The notes under the pieces were generated by a model, which made no database searches, was not told the origin of the DNA, and saw only the letters and a program-made list of their open reading frames with translations. The position numbers and the translations under genes were made by a program. Below, piece by piece: positions 18,910 to 29,678 of a stretch of 64,000 nucleotides of DNA. Source of the stretch: an uncultured Gammaproteobacteria bacterium (GTDB lineage Bacteria; Pseudomonadota; Gammaproteobacteria; JAURND01); contig CAVQQD010000001.1 in the NCBI GenBank assembly GCA_963714975.1, positions 320,001-384,000 of the forward strand, in the 5' to 3' direction. The stretch's first letter is position 1. Each line of letters opens with the position of its first letter.

Positions 18910-21114
18910 TTATCCTACTGAATATCTTTTAATAGGTCGGCGGATAGCCCTGCGATACTGGCCATAGGCCGGTAGCAATAAACCCAACAACACTAGCAAG
19001 AAAATCAACAGCGGCCAAATAATCGGCTGATTCCATGCCACTATTGATTGTACGCGCAAAGCCGGATCCAAGCTTTGATATTTAAGCGCGTTGACAATGA
19101 TCGAGTTAGGCTTTAAAGGCTGTAACCATGCCTGCGCCAATAAAAAATCTTTAGGGAAAACTCCCCAAATCCAAGGGCTGTCTTGCCGCGCAATAGCGAG
19201 CATTTTTTGCAACAAGCGCAAACGCTCCGGCCCATTGGGCAAAGCTTTCATCTGTAAAAACAGGGTATCAAAGCGGTCGTTTTGATAATTCGCTGCATTA
19301 TTCCCCCCAAATCTTACTTGACCATTTGGTCCATAGAGTAAATTTAAAAAATTTTCTGGATCTGGGTAATCCGCCACCCAGCCAAAGGGAAAAATTTGCA
19401 CATTCCCCGTGCGCAGCTTATCCAAAAATCGATTGTAATCGGTACTTTGAATCAACAGCTCAATGCCTAATTGAGCAAATTGTTTGCGCATCCAGCCAAA
19501 TTCATCTTTGTCCGCTGGAGTAAGAGATGACGTGTCGTAATGCAACACCAACGGCTTGCCAGTTTGCGCACTCCTGCCATTGGGATAACCGGCTTGCGCC
19601 AATAATTGCCTGGCCATCGCAATCGATTTGCGTTTCGGTTCCCCATTGATCACATCATACACGTAGGGGTTAACACCCTCTTTTCCCGCTAAAAATCCAA
19701 ATATCCCAGGCGGAATTGGCCCTTGAGCTGGAATGCCACGACCGTTGAGAAAAATAGTAATGAATTGTTCCTCATTTAATGCAATAGAAATGGCTTGGCG
19801 TAGTTTTCGTGCTGATTCACTGTAGCCCCCAACCACCGGGTCAAGCATATTAAACCCGAAAGAAAAGCTGGCCGTTTGAATGCTAGTCTGTAAGCGAATA
19901 TTGCGGTCTTTTAATCTTGGCGTTAATTGGGGGTTGCCTGTCGCATCTAATTGAATTGCTTCACCAAAGGTATCGGAACTAATTTGCGACTGATCGTAAT
20001 AGCCTTGTAAAAATTTATTCCAACGCGGGATGGATTCTTTTTCCAAGCTAAATACATATTTATCGATTAAAGGCAGCCGTTTACCCGCATTCGCTAAATA
20101 TCCGGCTTGCTGATCTCCTGGCTCTCCTTCGGATGGGTAATAGGCCGGATGAAAATTAGGATTTTTGACTAACACCATTTGCCGATTCGGATTATTCTCG
20201 GCCAATAAATAGGGCCCGGTTCCTACCGGATACCAACTAAAACTTAAATTTTTCTTCCTCATACCGGGTTGCGAATAAAACAGATCTGCTTCCCAGGGAA
20301 TAGGGACAAAATAGGGCATGGCTAGCCAATATATGAACTGACGATATTGCCCTTGCAAAATAATGCGATAAGTATATCGATCTAATACTATCGCTCCCTC
20401 TAACGGATAATTTCTTAAGTCTAAAAAGGCATCGGATTTGCGTGAATTGTATAAGCCCTGTAATTGCTGTGAATACGCGGTTAACCCAAGAACATATTTT
20501 TGCAATAAGCCCAGAACAGGAGAATTTAAGCCTGGATGAGCCAAACGTTTTATGCCATAAACATAATCTTCGGCCGTCAGTTCGCGAGTTCCGGTCTGTT
20601 TAAAGTCGGATAAAGTAGTAATCTCGGCCATTGGTGCTGGGGAAAGATTTAGGTACAGGTAGTTTCCACTGCTATCTTGAGCAAATGCAGGATGAGGTTG
20701 ATAATAAATTCCTGGCTGAATTTGAATATCGTAGGTGGTATAGGCAATTTGCTTTTGCGGCGCATCATCCGGTAATTTCCGGCGTTTAGCGTCCCAATAA
20801 CGAACCATCGGCATGGTTTTGGCAGTTTGCGGTATTAAAGTAAAAGGGCGTTTCAGATAGTGGTATTGCAGCGGCGCTTCATAGATTTGCGCAATGAATA
20901 CCAGTTCATCTTCAGACATCGACTGCGCAGGGTCTAAGCTCTTGGGAGAGCTGGCAAAAGAACCGTAACGGATATTTTCCGCATAATCCTGCAAAGAATG
21001 GGGATTATTGATGACTTGATCTTTGCATCCTACTAGTAATGTCATCCCGAAAGCTGTCATCCCGAGCAAGCTGTCATCCCGAGCGAAGCGAGGGATCTCA
21101 CTAGGTTGTGCCAC
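18910..21114 (-). CDS. Peptide ABC transporter substrate-binding lipoprotein (family 5); start region overlapped by a repeat
   Basis: KSLDPA, PVGTGPY, GWVADYPDPENF, lipobox LLVGC. True start uncertain. Confidence 0.88.
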   Translation of the reverse strand: MAQPSEIPRFARDDSLLGMTAFGMTLLVGCKDQVINNPHSLQDYAENIRYGSFASSPKSLDPAQSMSEDELVFIAQIYEAPLQYHYLKRPFTLIPQTAKTMPMVRYWDAKRRKLPDDAPQKQIAYTTYDIQIQPGIYYQPHPAFAQDSSGNYLYLNLSPAPMAEITTLSDFKQTGTRELTAEDYVYGIKRLAHPGLNSPVLGLLQKYVLGLTAYSQQLQGLYNSRKSDAFLDLRNYPLEGAIVLDRYTYRIILQGQYRQFIYWLAMPYFVPIPWEADLFYSQPGMRKKNLSFSWYPVGTGPYLLAENNPNRQMVLVKNPNFHPAYYPSEGEPGDQQAGYLANAGKRLPLIDKYVFSLEKESIPRWNKFLQGYYDQSQISSDTFGEAIQLDATGNPQLTPRLKDRNIRLQTSIQTASFSFGFNMLDPVVGGYSESARKLRQAISIALNEEQFITIFLNGRGIPAQGPIPPGIFGFLAGKEGVNPYVYDVINGEPKRKSIAMARQLLAQAGYPNGRSAQTGKPLVLHYDTSSLTPADKDEFGWMRKQFAQLGIELLIQSTDYNRFLDKLRTGNVQIFPFGWVADYPDPENFLNLLYGPNGQVRFGGNNAANYQNDRFDTLFLQMKALPNGPERLRLLQKMLAIARQDSPWIWGVFPKDFLLAQAWLQPLKPNSIIVNALKYQSLDPALRVQSIVAWNQPIIWPLLIFLLVLLGLLLPAYGQYRRAIRRPIKRYSVG

Positions 21115-21190
21115 ATTAATGAGATCCCTCGCTTCGCTCGGGATGACAGCTGTGCTTGGGATGACAACAGCTGCGCGCGGGATAACAGCT
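21040..21190. repeat. REP-like repeat family B (GTCATCCCGAG) cluster
   Basis: Three tandem TGTCATCCCGA units, then the inverted TCGGGATGACA units around a GAGGGATCTCA/TGAGATCCCTC stem. Confidence 0.85.
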
Positions 21191-21202
21191 GCGGGGATTT
21201 AG

Positions 21203-22477
21203 TCATTTCCATCGATATTTCGTCCAAGATATCACTGCGACCACCGCGTTAATGATACCGACAACTAAAAATAGTTCAACTGTGGAAAATTTCAGGGATA
21301 AAAACCCCACGGCAAAGATCGAAGCGACCACCATAAATAACGCAGTAACAATATTGTTACAAGCAATCACGCGCGAACGAAACTCTGGGATGCTCTGCGC
21401 TTGCAATAGCGTATATAAAGGGACCGTGTAAAACCCGCCAAAAAAAGCCATGATAAATAAATCCAGAGCAATCCGCCCCCCAGACAGTGTCCCCAAAAAG
21501 CCAGCAACACTCGCATCAGGCAAGGGGACAAAATTATGGCTGACCCAGCATAAATCAAGCATAAAAATTGACATGCCCAAGATCCCTAAGGGTACATATT
21601 TCGCCGTAATGCTTCCTTTCAGCAAGCGGGCGCAAAACAAACTCCCTATACCAATACCCACGGTGAACAATAATAAAAATAAACTGACCACGTATTTATT
21701 GCCACCAATGCTTTCTTTAACATACACCGGAAATTGCGTCACAAAAATTAGGCCAATAAACCAAAACCAAGAAATCAGTCCAATAGTAAAGGGAATACCA
21801 GACATCCCGGTAACTTCCTGCCACAAGGCTTTTAGGTCGCGAACCAGATTAAATGTTAGCTGCAGGTGGGGACGTGCCAAAGGGATCGGCGGAATCAATA
21901 AGCTACTGAACCAGCCTATTACTGCCACGACAATGCTAATCCCAGCCAGGACTAACGCTTCACCATGGGAAGCACCCAAGGTGCTGCCTAATAAAGTGCC
22001 CACTAAAATGGCGATAAAGGTACTCGCCTCAATTATGCCATTACCGGTAAGTAACTCCCCTGGGCGCAACAAATAAGGTAAGGAAGAATATTTAATTGGC
22101 CCAAAAAAACTTGAATGGGTGCCCATCAAAAAAACAGTGAGCATTAAAACCCAGGTACTTTGATAGTAAAACCCCAGAGCAGCAATGAGCATAAACAAGA
22201 TTTCGCACAGCTTAATAATGCGAATAATTCGGGTGCGTGAGAATTTATCGGCTAATTGACCCGCAAGGGCTGAAAACAACAAAAAAGGAAGAATGAATAT
22301 CCCTGCCAATAGGTTAATTAATAGTTGGGCATGGTGGGTATCCTGAACTAATTGGAAGGTGATCAACATGGCTAAACCGGTCTTGAACAAGTTGTCGTTA
22401 AAGGCGCCGGCAAATTGAGTCAGAAATAAGGGGAAAAACCGCTTGGTATTAAAGAATTGAAATTGCGCTTGAGGCAC
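21203..22477 (-). CDS. MFS transporter (LplT/Aas-associated type)
   Basis: RFFPLFLTQF.GAFNDNLFK, FFGPIKYS.LP, RSRVIACNNI; about 12 TM segments. Confidence 0.85.
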   Translation of the reverse strand: MPQAQFQFFNTKRFFPLFLTQFAGAFNDNLFKTGLAMLITFQLVQDTHHAQLLINLLAGIFILPFLLFSALAGQLADKFSRTRIIRIIKLCEILFMLIAALGFYYQSTWVLMLTVFLMGTHSSFFGPIKYSSLPYLLRPGELLTGNGIIEASTFIAILVGTLLGSTLGASHGEALVLAGISIVVAVIGWFSSLLIPPIPLARPHLQLTFNLVRDLKALWQEVTGMSGIPFTIGLISWFWFIGLIFVTQFPVYVKESIGGNKYVVSLFLLLFTVGIGIGSLFCARLLKGSITAKYVPLGILGMSIFMLDLCWVSHNFVPLPDASVAGFLGTLSGGRIALDLFIMAFFGGFYTVPLYTLLQAQSIPEFRSRVIACNNIVTALFMVVASIFAVGFLSLKFSTVELFLVVGIINAVVAVISWTKYRWK

Positions 22478-22795
22478 TGGTGTCTCCGAACTAGAATCTC
22501 TCTCCCGCTTGCGGGAGAAGGGATTCTATCATGGCGCCAATAAAAAAACCCGCTCATCGCGGGTCAAAAAAAGGTGTTGCGAAGATACCGTACACTGAGC
22601 CATTCCAAGTTGTACGGCGGAAAATAACCACGCCACATTAGGCTTTCTGCTCATTGACAGCTATGCACACAATGGCTTGAGTCAAGTTCCTTATCTTCTA
22701 TTAATATCGGTTCAGGACAAGTATCACCCCAACACCTAATATAACTATAGCAAGGATTAAGACTTTTGCAATTCGGCTCAGAAAAACTACGAGCT

Positions 22796-23519
22796 TCAGA
22801 AATAATTATTGCCCGTAGCTTCTTTATCCCCTGCTTGGGTAATTGGTGTTTCAACGGTGTAGCTTCTACTAATAGCATAAGCATAAGTTAACAAGGCAAT
22901 CAGAATAATTCCACCCATGACACTACCATAAATTTCAGCAGCTAATTTTAAGGAATCTGACTGAACAAACTCAGGAAACCCCTGTAATCCTTTCAACTGG
23001 AACTCCGGATCACTAAGTTTCGCAATTTGCTCAATTAGCGTCATGATGCCATAAGCCAGGGCGATACCTAAGGGCGGCATCACACCGAGTATAGCGGTTT
23101 TTTTTGCGATATTGATTGCGCGATTTTTAATGGGATAAAAAAACACTAGTATTTATTAGTTGTTGGTTACGTTGATTAAAAGCTGCCTGCCCTATGCCTT
23201 GCCATTCTCCTCGTTCCACGAACTCACCCATCTGAGTCCAGCCGGCTACTTGGTTATTATATGTCGCTCCTTTCCTGCTATTGCTACCTATTACTGCTTG
23301 ATCAAAATCGTTCATAATAGCTATTAGATGGCTACAAATTTCCTTTGTCTCGCGCCTAAGTACAGCTTGTGTTTCCTCCTCGGCTTTAGGTTCTAAACAG
23401 TTTGCCAATTGAGTTAAATTAGGATTTTCAGATCCGCGAGGTATTTGCCAGGCTTTAATCTCTGTAATAAGCGTGGTTACGTCCTGTCGCGTAAACTCAA
23501 CACTACTCTGAATACTCAT
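22796..23519 (-). pseudogene. Orphan two-TM protein split by a +1 frameshift in a T7 run
   Basis: ORFs 23127-23519 and 22796-23146 fuse in frame if one T is removed at 23137-23143. Confidence 0.6.
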
Positions 23520-23551
23520 AAATTTATCCTCTTAGTTAGTAATTAGGAGAC

Positions 23552-23584
23552 ATTATAGTCGGAAAACCTTATTGAAATATTAAT
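23552..23584 (-). promoter_or_regulatory. PmrA-like box plus -10
   Basis: ATTAATATT-TC-AATAAGGTT-N7-TATAAT on the minus strand. Confidence 0.6.
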
Positions 23585-23744
23585 GCTTTACCCGGAATCA
23601 CGGAATCACTTCTTCACTAGCCACTGCATTGGATTTTAGGCTAGAATCTAAAGGCCTCCTTGTCTCGGCAGGGATGCCAGGATCCACAGCGCATGCAGGA
23701 TACAAAGTTTTTTTGTAATCATTCACCATCCTTTGTGTGTAAAA

Positions 23745-23899
23745 ATCCTTCTCCCCTTGTGGGAGAAGGTGCCCGAAAGGGCGGATGAGGGGTAAACTTG
23801 AAAACAGCAAAAAGCATTTTATTAGCTAAATGCTAACTGTTGCTTACCCCTCACCCGCGCGCCTTATGGCGCGGCGGCCTCTCCCACAAGGGAAGAGGC
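23745..23899. repeat. Family A repeat, inverted pair
   Basis: CCTTCTCCCCTTGTGGGAGAAGG..GATGAGGGGTAA / TTACCCCTCACCCG..CTCTCCCACAAGGGAAGAGG. Confidence 0.8.
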
Positions 23900-23956
23900 A
23901 AAATCGTGGTGAATAGCTTCCTTGCAAAAACGACGCTTTCACAAGCAGGTGCTTTT

Positions 23957-25672
23957 ATGCGACTACCCGTAGGTTATGATGATTTTAAAGCCATTGTCGA
24001 CAGAGGGATGGATTTTGTTGATAAGAGTTTATTAATTCAAGAAATCCTGGATGATGTTGCTCAGGTAGCAGTAATTACCCGCCCCCGCCGTTTTGGCAAG
24101 ACCTTAAATTTGTCCATGCTGCATTACTTTTTGGCGGCTAAAGCCCATGGTCAATCTACTCAAAATTTATTCGAGGGCTTAAAAATTACTGCTTTGGGTG
24201 ACGACTATATGCAACACCAGGGCCGATATCCTGTGATCTTTGTCACCTTTAAGGAGGTGAAAAATAATCACTTTGAAGCTGCTTACGGCATGATGAAGAA
24301 ACTCATGTCACAGCTTTATCGAGAATACCAGCATGAACTACCAAATAGTCCACGATTAACCTCGAGTGATAAAGAAAAATTTCTTGCTGTGCTGGAAGAG
24401 CGGGTTGATGAACCAGCAGTTCGTTCGGCATTGGTTGATTTATGCTATTACCTGTATCAGCATTATCAAGTCAAACCTTGGTTGCTGATCGATGAGTACG
24501 ATACTCCGATTCAAGCTGCTTATGTGCATAACTACTATGACCCAATGCTCAATCTAATGCGGGGGATCTTTGGCGCTGCTTTAAAAACTAATCCCTATCT
24601 TGAAAAAGCAGTGATTACCGGCATTTTACGGGTTGCCAAAGAAAGTTTATTTTCAGGGTTAAATAATTTAGAAGTCTATACCCTGACCAATTCTAAATAT
24701 GGGCAGTATTTTGGTTTTACCGAAGATGAGGTAGAAAATTTATTACAGCAAGCAGGCTTACAAGCACAGGCGCCTGCAATTCGTGATTGGTACAATGGCT
24801 ATAAGGCAGGAACCTATACCGTCTACAATCCCTGGTCGATTGTCAAATGCATTCGCGAACAAGGAGAATTAGCTCCTTACTGGGTTAATACGAGTGATAA
24901 TCACCTGATTAAAACCCTATTACTGGGATCGAGTGAAGGCTTTAGAACTCAATTTGAGGATTTATTACAGGGCAAGACGATTGAAAAAACAATTGATGAA
25001 ACTTTGGCATTTGCTGACCTAAATCCCCAGCGAGGCAGAGGAGACTCAGCAGGTTGGAGTTTATTGTTTGCAGCGGGTTACTTGAAAGTAGTTTCTTCAC
25101 AACGGGTTGAAGAAGAATTGCAGTGTCAGTTAGATATTCCCAACCGCGAAGTACGTGGATTGTATCGACAAATCATCCGGGAATGGTTAGCTGATGGCCA
25201 CGACACGAAATGGTTTGATACGTTCTTAAATCATTTACTCACAGGTGACTTAATCGCCTTTGAGCATGATTTAAAACAGCTAGTGGAACAAACGTTTAGT
25301 GTTCACGATACCTCCAAAGATTCTGAAGTTTTTTATCATGGCTTTATGATTGGTGCGACAGCAAGTCTGTATCACAATAAAAATTATGAAATTAAATCGA
25401 ATAGGGAGAGTGGCTATGGTCGCTACGACTATATGATTTTTTCTCACGATGAAAATAAACTGACGATTTTAATTGAACTCAAACGAGTACCCAAAGAGAC
25501 GCCTAATTTCGATCAAGCCTTGGAGCAAGCGGCACAACACGCTTTGGAACAAATGGAATTGCAAAATTATGCGGCTGAAGCAAGGCAGCGTGGCAGAACT
25601 AAGATACTGCAGATTGGTCTAGCGTTTTCGGGTAAGCGGTTTATTTTAAAAAGCACATCCCCCCTTCCTTAG
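23957..25672 (+). CDS. AAA-ATPase-like plus C-terminal PD-(D/E)XK nuclease protein
   Basis: RPRRFGKT, IDEYD, YNPWS, SNRESGYGRYD..IELK. Start set at MRLPVG. Confidence 0.9.
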   Translation: MRLPVGYDDFKAIVDRGMDFVDKSLLIQEILDDVAQVAVITRPRRFGKTLNLSMLHYFLAAKAHGQSTQNLFEGLKITALGDDYMQHQGRYPVIFVTFKEVKNNHFEAAYGMMKKLMSQLYREYQHELPNSPRLTSSDKEKFLAVLEERVDEPAVRSALVDLCYYLYQHYQVKPWLLIDEYDTPIQAAYVHNYYDPMLNLMRGIFGAALKTNPYLEKAVITGILRVAKESLFSGLNNLEVYTLTNSKYGQYFGFTEDEVENLLQQAGLQAQAPAIRDWYNGYKAGTYTVYNPWSIVKCIREQGELAPYWVNTSDNHLIKTLLLGSSEGFRTQFEDLLQGKTIEKTIDETLAFADLNPQRGRGDSAGWSLLFAAGYLKVVSSQRVEEELQCQLDIPNREVRGLYRQIIREWLADGHDTKWFDTFLNHLLTGDLIAFEHDLKQLVEQTFSVHDTSKDSEVFYHGFMIGATASLYHNKNYEIKSNRESGYGRYDYMIFSHDENKLTILIELKRVPKETPNFDQALEQAAQHALEQMELQNYAAEARQRGRTKILQIGLAFSGKRFILKSTSPLP

Positions 25673-25713
25673 CCCACCCTACAACTTAAAACATTTTGAA
25701 GCTAACATACCTC

Positions 25714-27747
25714 ATGTCCAACCATCTGACCATTTTGCATATTGCCATTGATAAGCCCCTCAGGCATTGCTTTGATTATTTATTGCCTGAGGGGGCAATG
25801 ACTGCGCAACCTGGCGCCCGTGTTTTAGTGCCTTTTGGTAAGAAGCAGTTAGTTGGGGTGGTGCTGCGGATAGACTCCTCAGCCTGCGTTCCAGCAAATA
25901 AACTCAAGTCAGCAATTAGTATCTTAGACCCAGAACCAATCTTCCCCCCCAGTCTATTTGAGCTCTGCCAATGGGCCAGCGAATATTATCATCACCCGAT
26001 CGGCGAAGTGCTGCTGGGGGCGGCCTTGCCTCAGCTATTACAACTTGAGGATATTACGCCCAGTTTACCCCTCACCCGCCATGCTACGCATGGCGACCTC
26101 TCCCACAAGGGGAGAGGTGAAAACCACTTAAAAGAACCTCCCTTGCCCTTAAACCACCACCAACAACAAGCTACGGAGCGGGTGCTCTCTCATTCTGGAT
26201 TCAATACATTTCTGTTACAGGGAGTCACTGGCAGTGGCAAGACCGAAGTTTACTTACAGATAATCCAGGAAATCCTGCAAAAAGGGCAACAAGCCTTGGT
26301 GTTAGTGCCAGAAATTGGTCTGACGCCACAAACTATCGCCCGCTTTGAGCGGCGTTTTGCAGTGCCCATTGCAACTTTTCACTCTAAATTATCGCATCGC
26401 AAACGCGCTGATACTTGGTTAAAAGCACGCAGCGGCGAAGCACGGATTATTATTGGCACTCGTTCTGCCATTTTCCTACCACTAGCCCAACCAGGGCTGA
26501 TTATTCTCGATGAAGAGCATGATCCATCCTTCAAGCAGCAAAGTGGTTTTCGCTATTCCGCCCGCGATATTGCCGTGGTGCGTGGTCGTCTGGAAGGGGT
26601 TCCCGTGGTATTAGGCAGCGCTACCCCTTCGTTGGAAAGCTTATACAATGCACAAAGAAAACGATTTTTTCTTCTGTCATTACCCGAGCGAGCAGGTCAA
26701 GCACTTCAGCCTTCTTTTCAGCTGATTGACATCAGGAACCAACGCCTAAAACAAGGCTTGTCCCAAGCCCTGCGTCAGGCGATTGCCAAGCATTTGGCTG
26801 AAGGAAATCAAGTGTTGCTATTTCTTAATCGCCGCGGTTTTGCTCCAATATTGCTTTGTCACTCTTGTGGTTGGATAGCGAGTTGCCCGCGTTGTGATGC
26901 AAAATTAACCCTCCACTTACGCCCACAGCGCTTGATTTGCCATCACTGTGATTACAGTGCCGTCATTCCTAGCTCCTGTGGGAAATGCGCCAATACTTCA
27001 TTATTTCAATTAGGCATCGGCACGGAACGCTTGGAAGAGACGTTACAAAAATATTTTCCTGAAGTACCCATATTACGCATTGATCGCGACAATGTGCGCA
27101 ACAAAAAAGCGCTGGAAAAAATGCTGGAGCAAATACAAACCGGTCATCGTCAAATTTTAATCGGCACACAAATGTTAGCGAAGGGACATCATTTCCCCGA
27201 TGTCACTTTGGTGGGTATTCTCGATACTGATGGAGGCTTATTGAGTAGTGATTTCCGTGCCAGTGAGCGGATGGGACAATTGATTATGCAAGTCGCTGGT
27301 CGCGCGGGACGCGAGACAAAACCTGGCGAGGTTTTTTTGCAAACACATTACCCCAAGCATCCTTTATTGCTCGCCTTAATCCAGCAAAGTTACGCTGAAT
27401 TTGCACGCCAATTGCTGGAAGAACGTTGCTCGGCACAATGGCCGCCTTTCTCGTTTTTGGCTCTATTGCGAGCAGAAACAAAGCAAAAGCACGTTTCATT
27501 AAAATTTTTGCAACAAGTCAAAGACGCTGCTGCCAACTTGCACAATCCCCACATCAAAATGCTCGGGCCAATTCCCGCCCCGATGGAGCGAAAGGCCGGG
27601 CACTTCCGCAGTTTACTCCTATTTCAAACCAGCCATCGTAATATGTTACACTCCTGGCTTCTTGAACTTATTCCCGTACTTGAAACACTAAAATTAGGAC
27701 ATAAGGTACGCTGGTCGATGGATGTGGATCCTTTGGAAATATATTAA
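25714..27747 (+). CDS. priA: Primosomal protein N'
   Basis: GVTGSGKTEVY, DEEHD, four CxxC zinc motifs, QVAGRAGR, DVDP. Confidence 0.96.
   Translation: MSNHLTILHIAIDKPLRHCFDYLLPEGAMTAQPGARVLVPFGKKQLVGVVLRIDSSACVPANKLKSAISILDPEPIFPPSLFELCQWASEYYHHPIGEVLLGAALPQLLQLEDITPSLPLTRHATHGDLSHKGRGENHLKEPPLPLNHHQQQATERVLSHSGFNTFLLQGVTGSGKTEVYLQIIQEILQKGQQALVLVPEIGLTPQTIARFERRFAVPIATFHSKLSHRKRADTWLKARSGEARIIIGTRSAIFLPLAQPGLIILDEEHDPSFKQQSGFRYSARDIAVVRGRLEGVPVVLGSATPSLESLYNAQRKRFFLLSLPERAGQALQPSFQLIDIRNQRLKQGLSQALRQAIAKHLAEGNQVLLFLNRRGFAPILLCHSCGWIASCPRCDAKLTLHLRPQRLICHHCDYSAVIPSSCGKCANTSLFQLGIGTERLEETLQKYFPEVPILRIDRDNVRNKKALEKMLEQIQTGHRQILIGTQMLAKGHHFPDVTLVGILDTDGGLLSSDFRASERMGQLIMQVAGRAGRETKPGEVFLQTHYPKHPLLLALIQQSYAEFARQLLEERCSAQWPPFSFLALLRAETKQKHVSLKFLQQVKDAAANLHNPHIKMLGPIPAPMERKAGHFRSLLLFQTSHRNMLHSWLLELIPVLETLKLGHKVRWSMDVDPLEIY
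26065..26117 (+). repeat. Family A repeat in frame within priA
   Basis: TTACCCCTCACCCGCC..CCTCTCCCACAAGGGGAGAGG, closely matching the intergenic copy at 23844-23899. Confidence 0.8.
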
Positions 27748-28906
27748 TGCTATTTGATGTGCTGGTGGTGGGCAGTGGGCCGGCTGGAGCTACAACTGCT
27801 TTGTTGCTGGCAAAAGCAGGTTGGTCGACAGCAATTGTCGAGAAGAAAGCTTTTCCTCGACCTAAAGTCTGCGGTGAATTTCTCTCCGCCACCAATTTAC
27901 CCTTGTTACAACGCATTGGTATCTCCGATTTCTATCATAATCACGCCGGACCCGAAGTACGACGGGTGGGCTTATTTACTGGAACTAGTGTGCTTGAATC
28001 ATCCATGCCACCAGCCAATCAGTCACTGGGATTTTGGGGGCGGGCTCTAGGACGTGAAAAACTTGATAGTAGGATATTAGAGCTGGCTATTAGCGCTGGC
28101 GCAAAATTATGGCAACCTTGGGAAGTTAAAGCTTTACAACGCAAAACGCATTTCACTGCCACGATTGTTTCTGATCATTTAGTGCAACAAATTTCAGCGC
28201 GCCTAGTGATCATCGTTCATGGGAACGTGGGCTCGTGCCCCATACTTATCCTCACCGTGACTCTAACCTGTTAGCATTTAAAACACATTTTCGCAATTGC
28301 AGCCTCGCGCCTGACCTTATGCCACTACTAGCATTTCCAGGGGGTTATGGCGGACTGGTCCATAGCGATGAAGGACGAGTAACCCTTTCTTGTTGTATTC
28401 GTCGGGATATTTTGCGCAATATTAGGCAAAAATATCCTGGAGAACAAGCTGGAGAAGCTGTAATACAACATATCAGAAAATTCTGCCTTGGCGCTGAGCA
28501 AGTACTTGCCTGCGCAAAACGTGAAGGAAATTGGCTCGCAGTCGGTCCTATCAGGCCAGGAATTCGTCAACGCTACCAAGACGGGCTTTTTTTTGTCGGC
28601 AATATAGCCGGGGAAGCACATCCCGTAGTTGCAGAGGGCATCAGTATGGCCATGCAATCCGCCTGGCTACTTTCTCAAATCTTAAACCAAACAGAGATCA
28701 GGTCAAAAAATCAATTCCATGAAGCAGGTCAAGTTTATATCCAGCAATGGAATGCTCACTTTGCCAACCGCATTTATGCTGCAGCATGCTTTGCACATCT
28801 GGCCATGCGACCATGGGCAGCATCGCTGTTGTTACCTTGGCTGAAACGATTTCCCGCCCTCTTAACTCTGGGAGCAAAATTGAGTGGAAAGACGCAGCTT
28901 ATGTGA
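27747..28906 (+). pseudogene. FAD-dependent oxidoreductase/monooxygenase, frameshifted near 28215
   Basis: GSGPAG and FPRPKVCGE in the first frame; VGNIAGEAHPVVAEGISMA in the second. Confidence 0.8.
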
Positions 28907-28910
28907 CTGG

Positions 28911-29606
28911 TTATTTCCATAAAATCAACTGCCAACAAAAGGGAAAGCACCATTTAAGCTGATAATTTTTAATCCCTGCTTTTTCTAGCAATAATTGCCA
29001 TTCCTTCCGAATAAAACCCCGACGGATAGAAATGAGGCCATCATGCTTTATTAAACGATTTTTGAACAATAAAGGGCTTACTAATCGATAAAAAAAATGA
29101 GATAAAGTATGTCGATGCAGTTCATTAATAATAACTGCTTTGTTAGCAACCAAATAAAGCTGAGATAAAAAACCAACCAGTTCATCATCGGTTAAGTGGT
29201 GACAAACTAAGCTCACCAAAATTAAATCGACACCACCGGTAACCACTTTAAGTTCTTTATTCTCTTGCACTTGAAAGGAAACACGAACATTCGGCTTAAT
29301 TTTATTCCAAGATTTTAAATTTTCGTTCGCCTCAGCTATCGCTGCAGAAGATATATCCACACCATACATCGGCATGTAAGGAAAATATCTACTTAAATGC
29401 AATATAAACAAACCTCCGCCACAACCCACATCTAATAATGTAGAATCATCCGAAATTTTTTTAAGGACCTTTACAGTACGCCGGAAGAAACCAATTATTT
29501 TATTAATGGTAAATAAATTTTTCAGGCATTGCACATATTCATCCTGCTGGTAATATTCTGAGCCAAGATCTAGCAATTCTTTTTCTTGGGAGCGGTTTTT
29601 AAGCAT
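28911..29606 (-). CDS. SAM-dependent methyltransferase
   Basis: LLDVGCGGG, HHL.DDEL, HDGL.SIRRGF. Confidence 0.88.
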   Translation of the reverse strand: MLKNRSQEKELLDLGSEYYQQDEYVQCLKNLFTINKIIGFFRRTVKVLKKISDDSTLLDVGCGGGLFILHLSRYFPYMPMYGVDISSAAIAEANENLKSWNKIKPNVRVSFQVQENKELKVVTGGVDLILVSLVCHHLTDDELVGFLSQLYLVANKAVIINELHRHTLSHFFYRLVSPLLFKNRLIKHDGLISIRRGFIRKEWQLLLEKAGIKNYQLKWCFPFCWQLILWK

Positions 29607-29612
29607 TATGTT

Positions 29613-29674
29613 TCCCCTCTCCCCCACCCGAGCGCCAGCGAGGGAAGGTGGGAGAGGGTTAGGGAGAGGGGGAG
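29613..29674. repeat. Family A-like repeat between the PKS and the methyltransferase
   Basis: CCCCTCTCCC..GGGAGAGGGTTAGGGAGAGGGG. Confidence 0.65.
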
Positions 29675-29678
29675 CATA

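Noticed and set aside
23840-23956. N-terminal extension of the AAA-nuclease ORF
   Set aside because: Encoded by a family A repeat from a TTG; family homology starts at MRLPVG.
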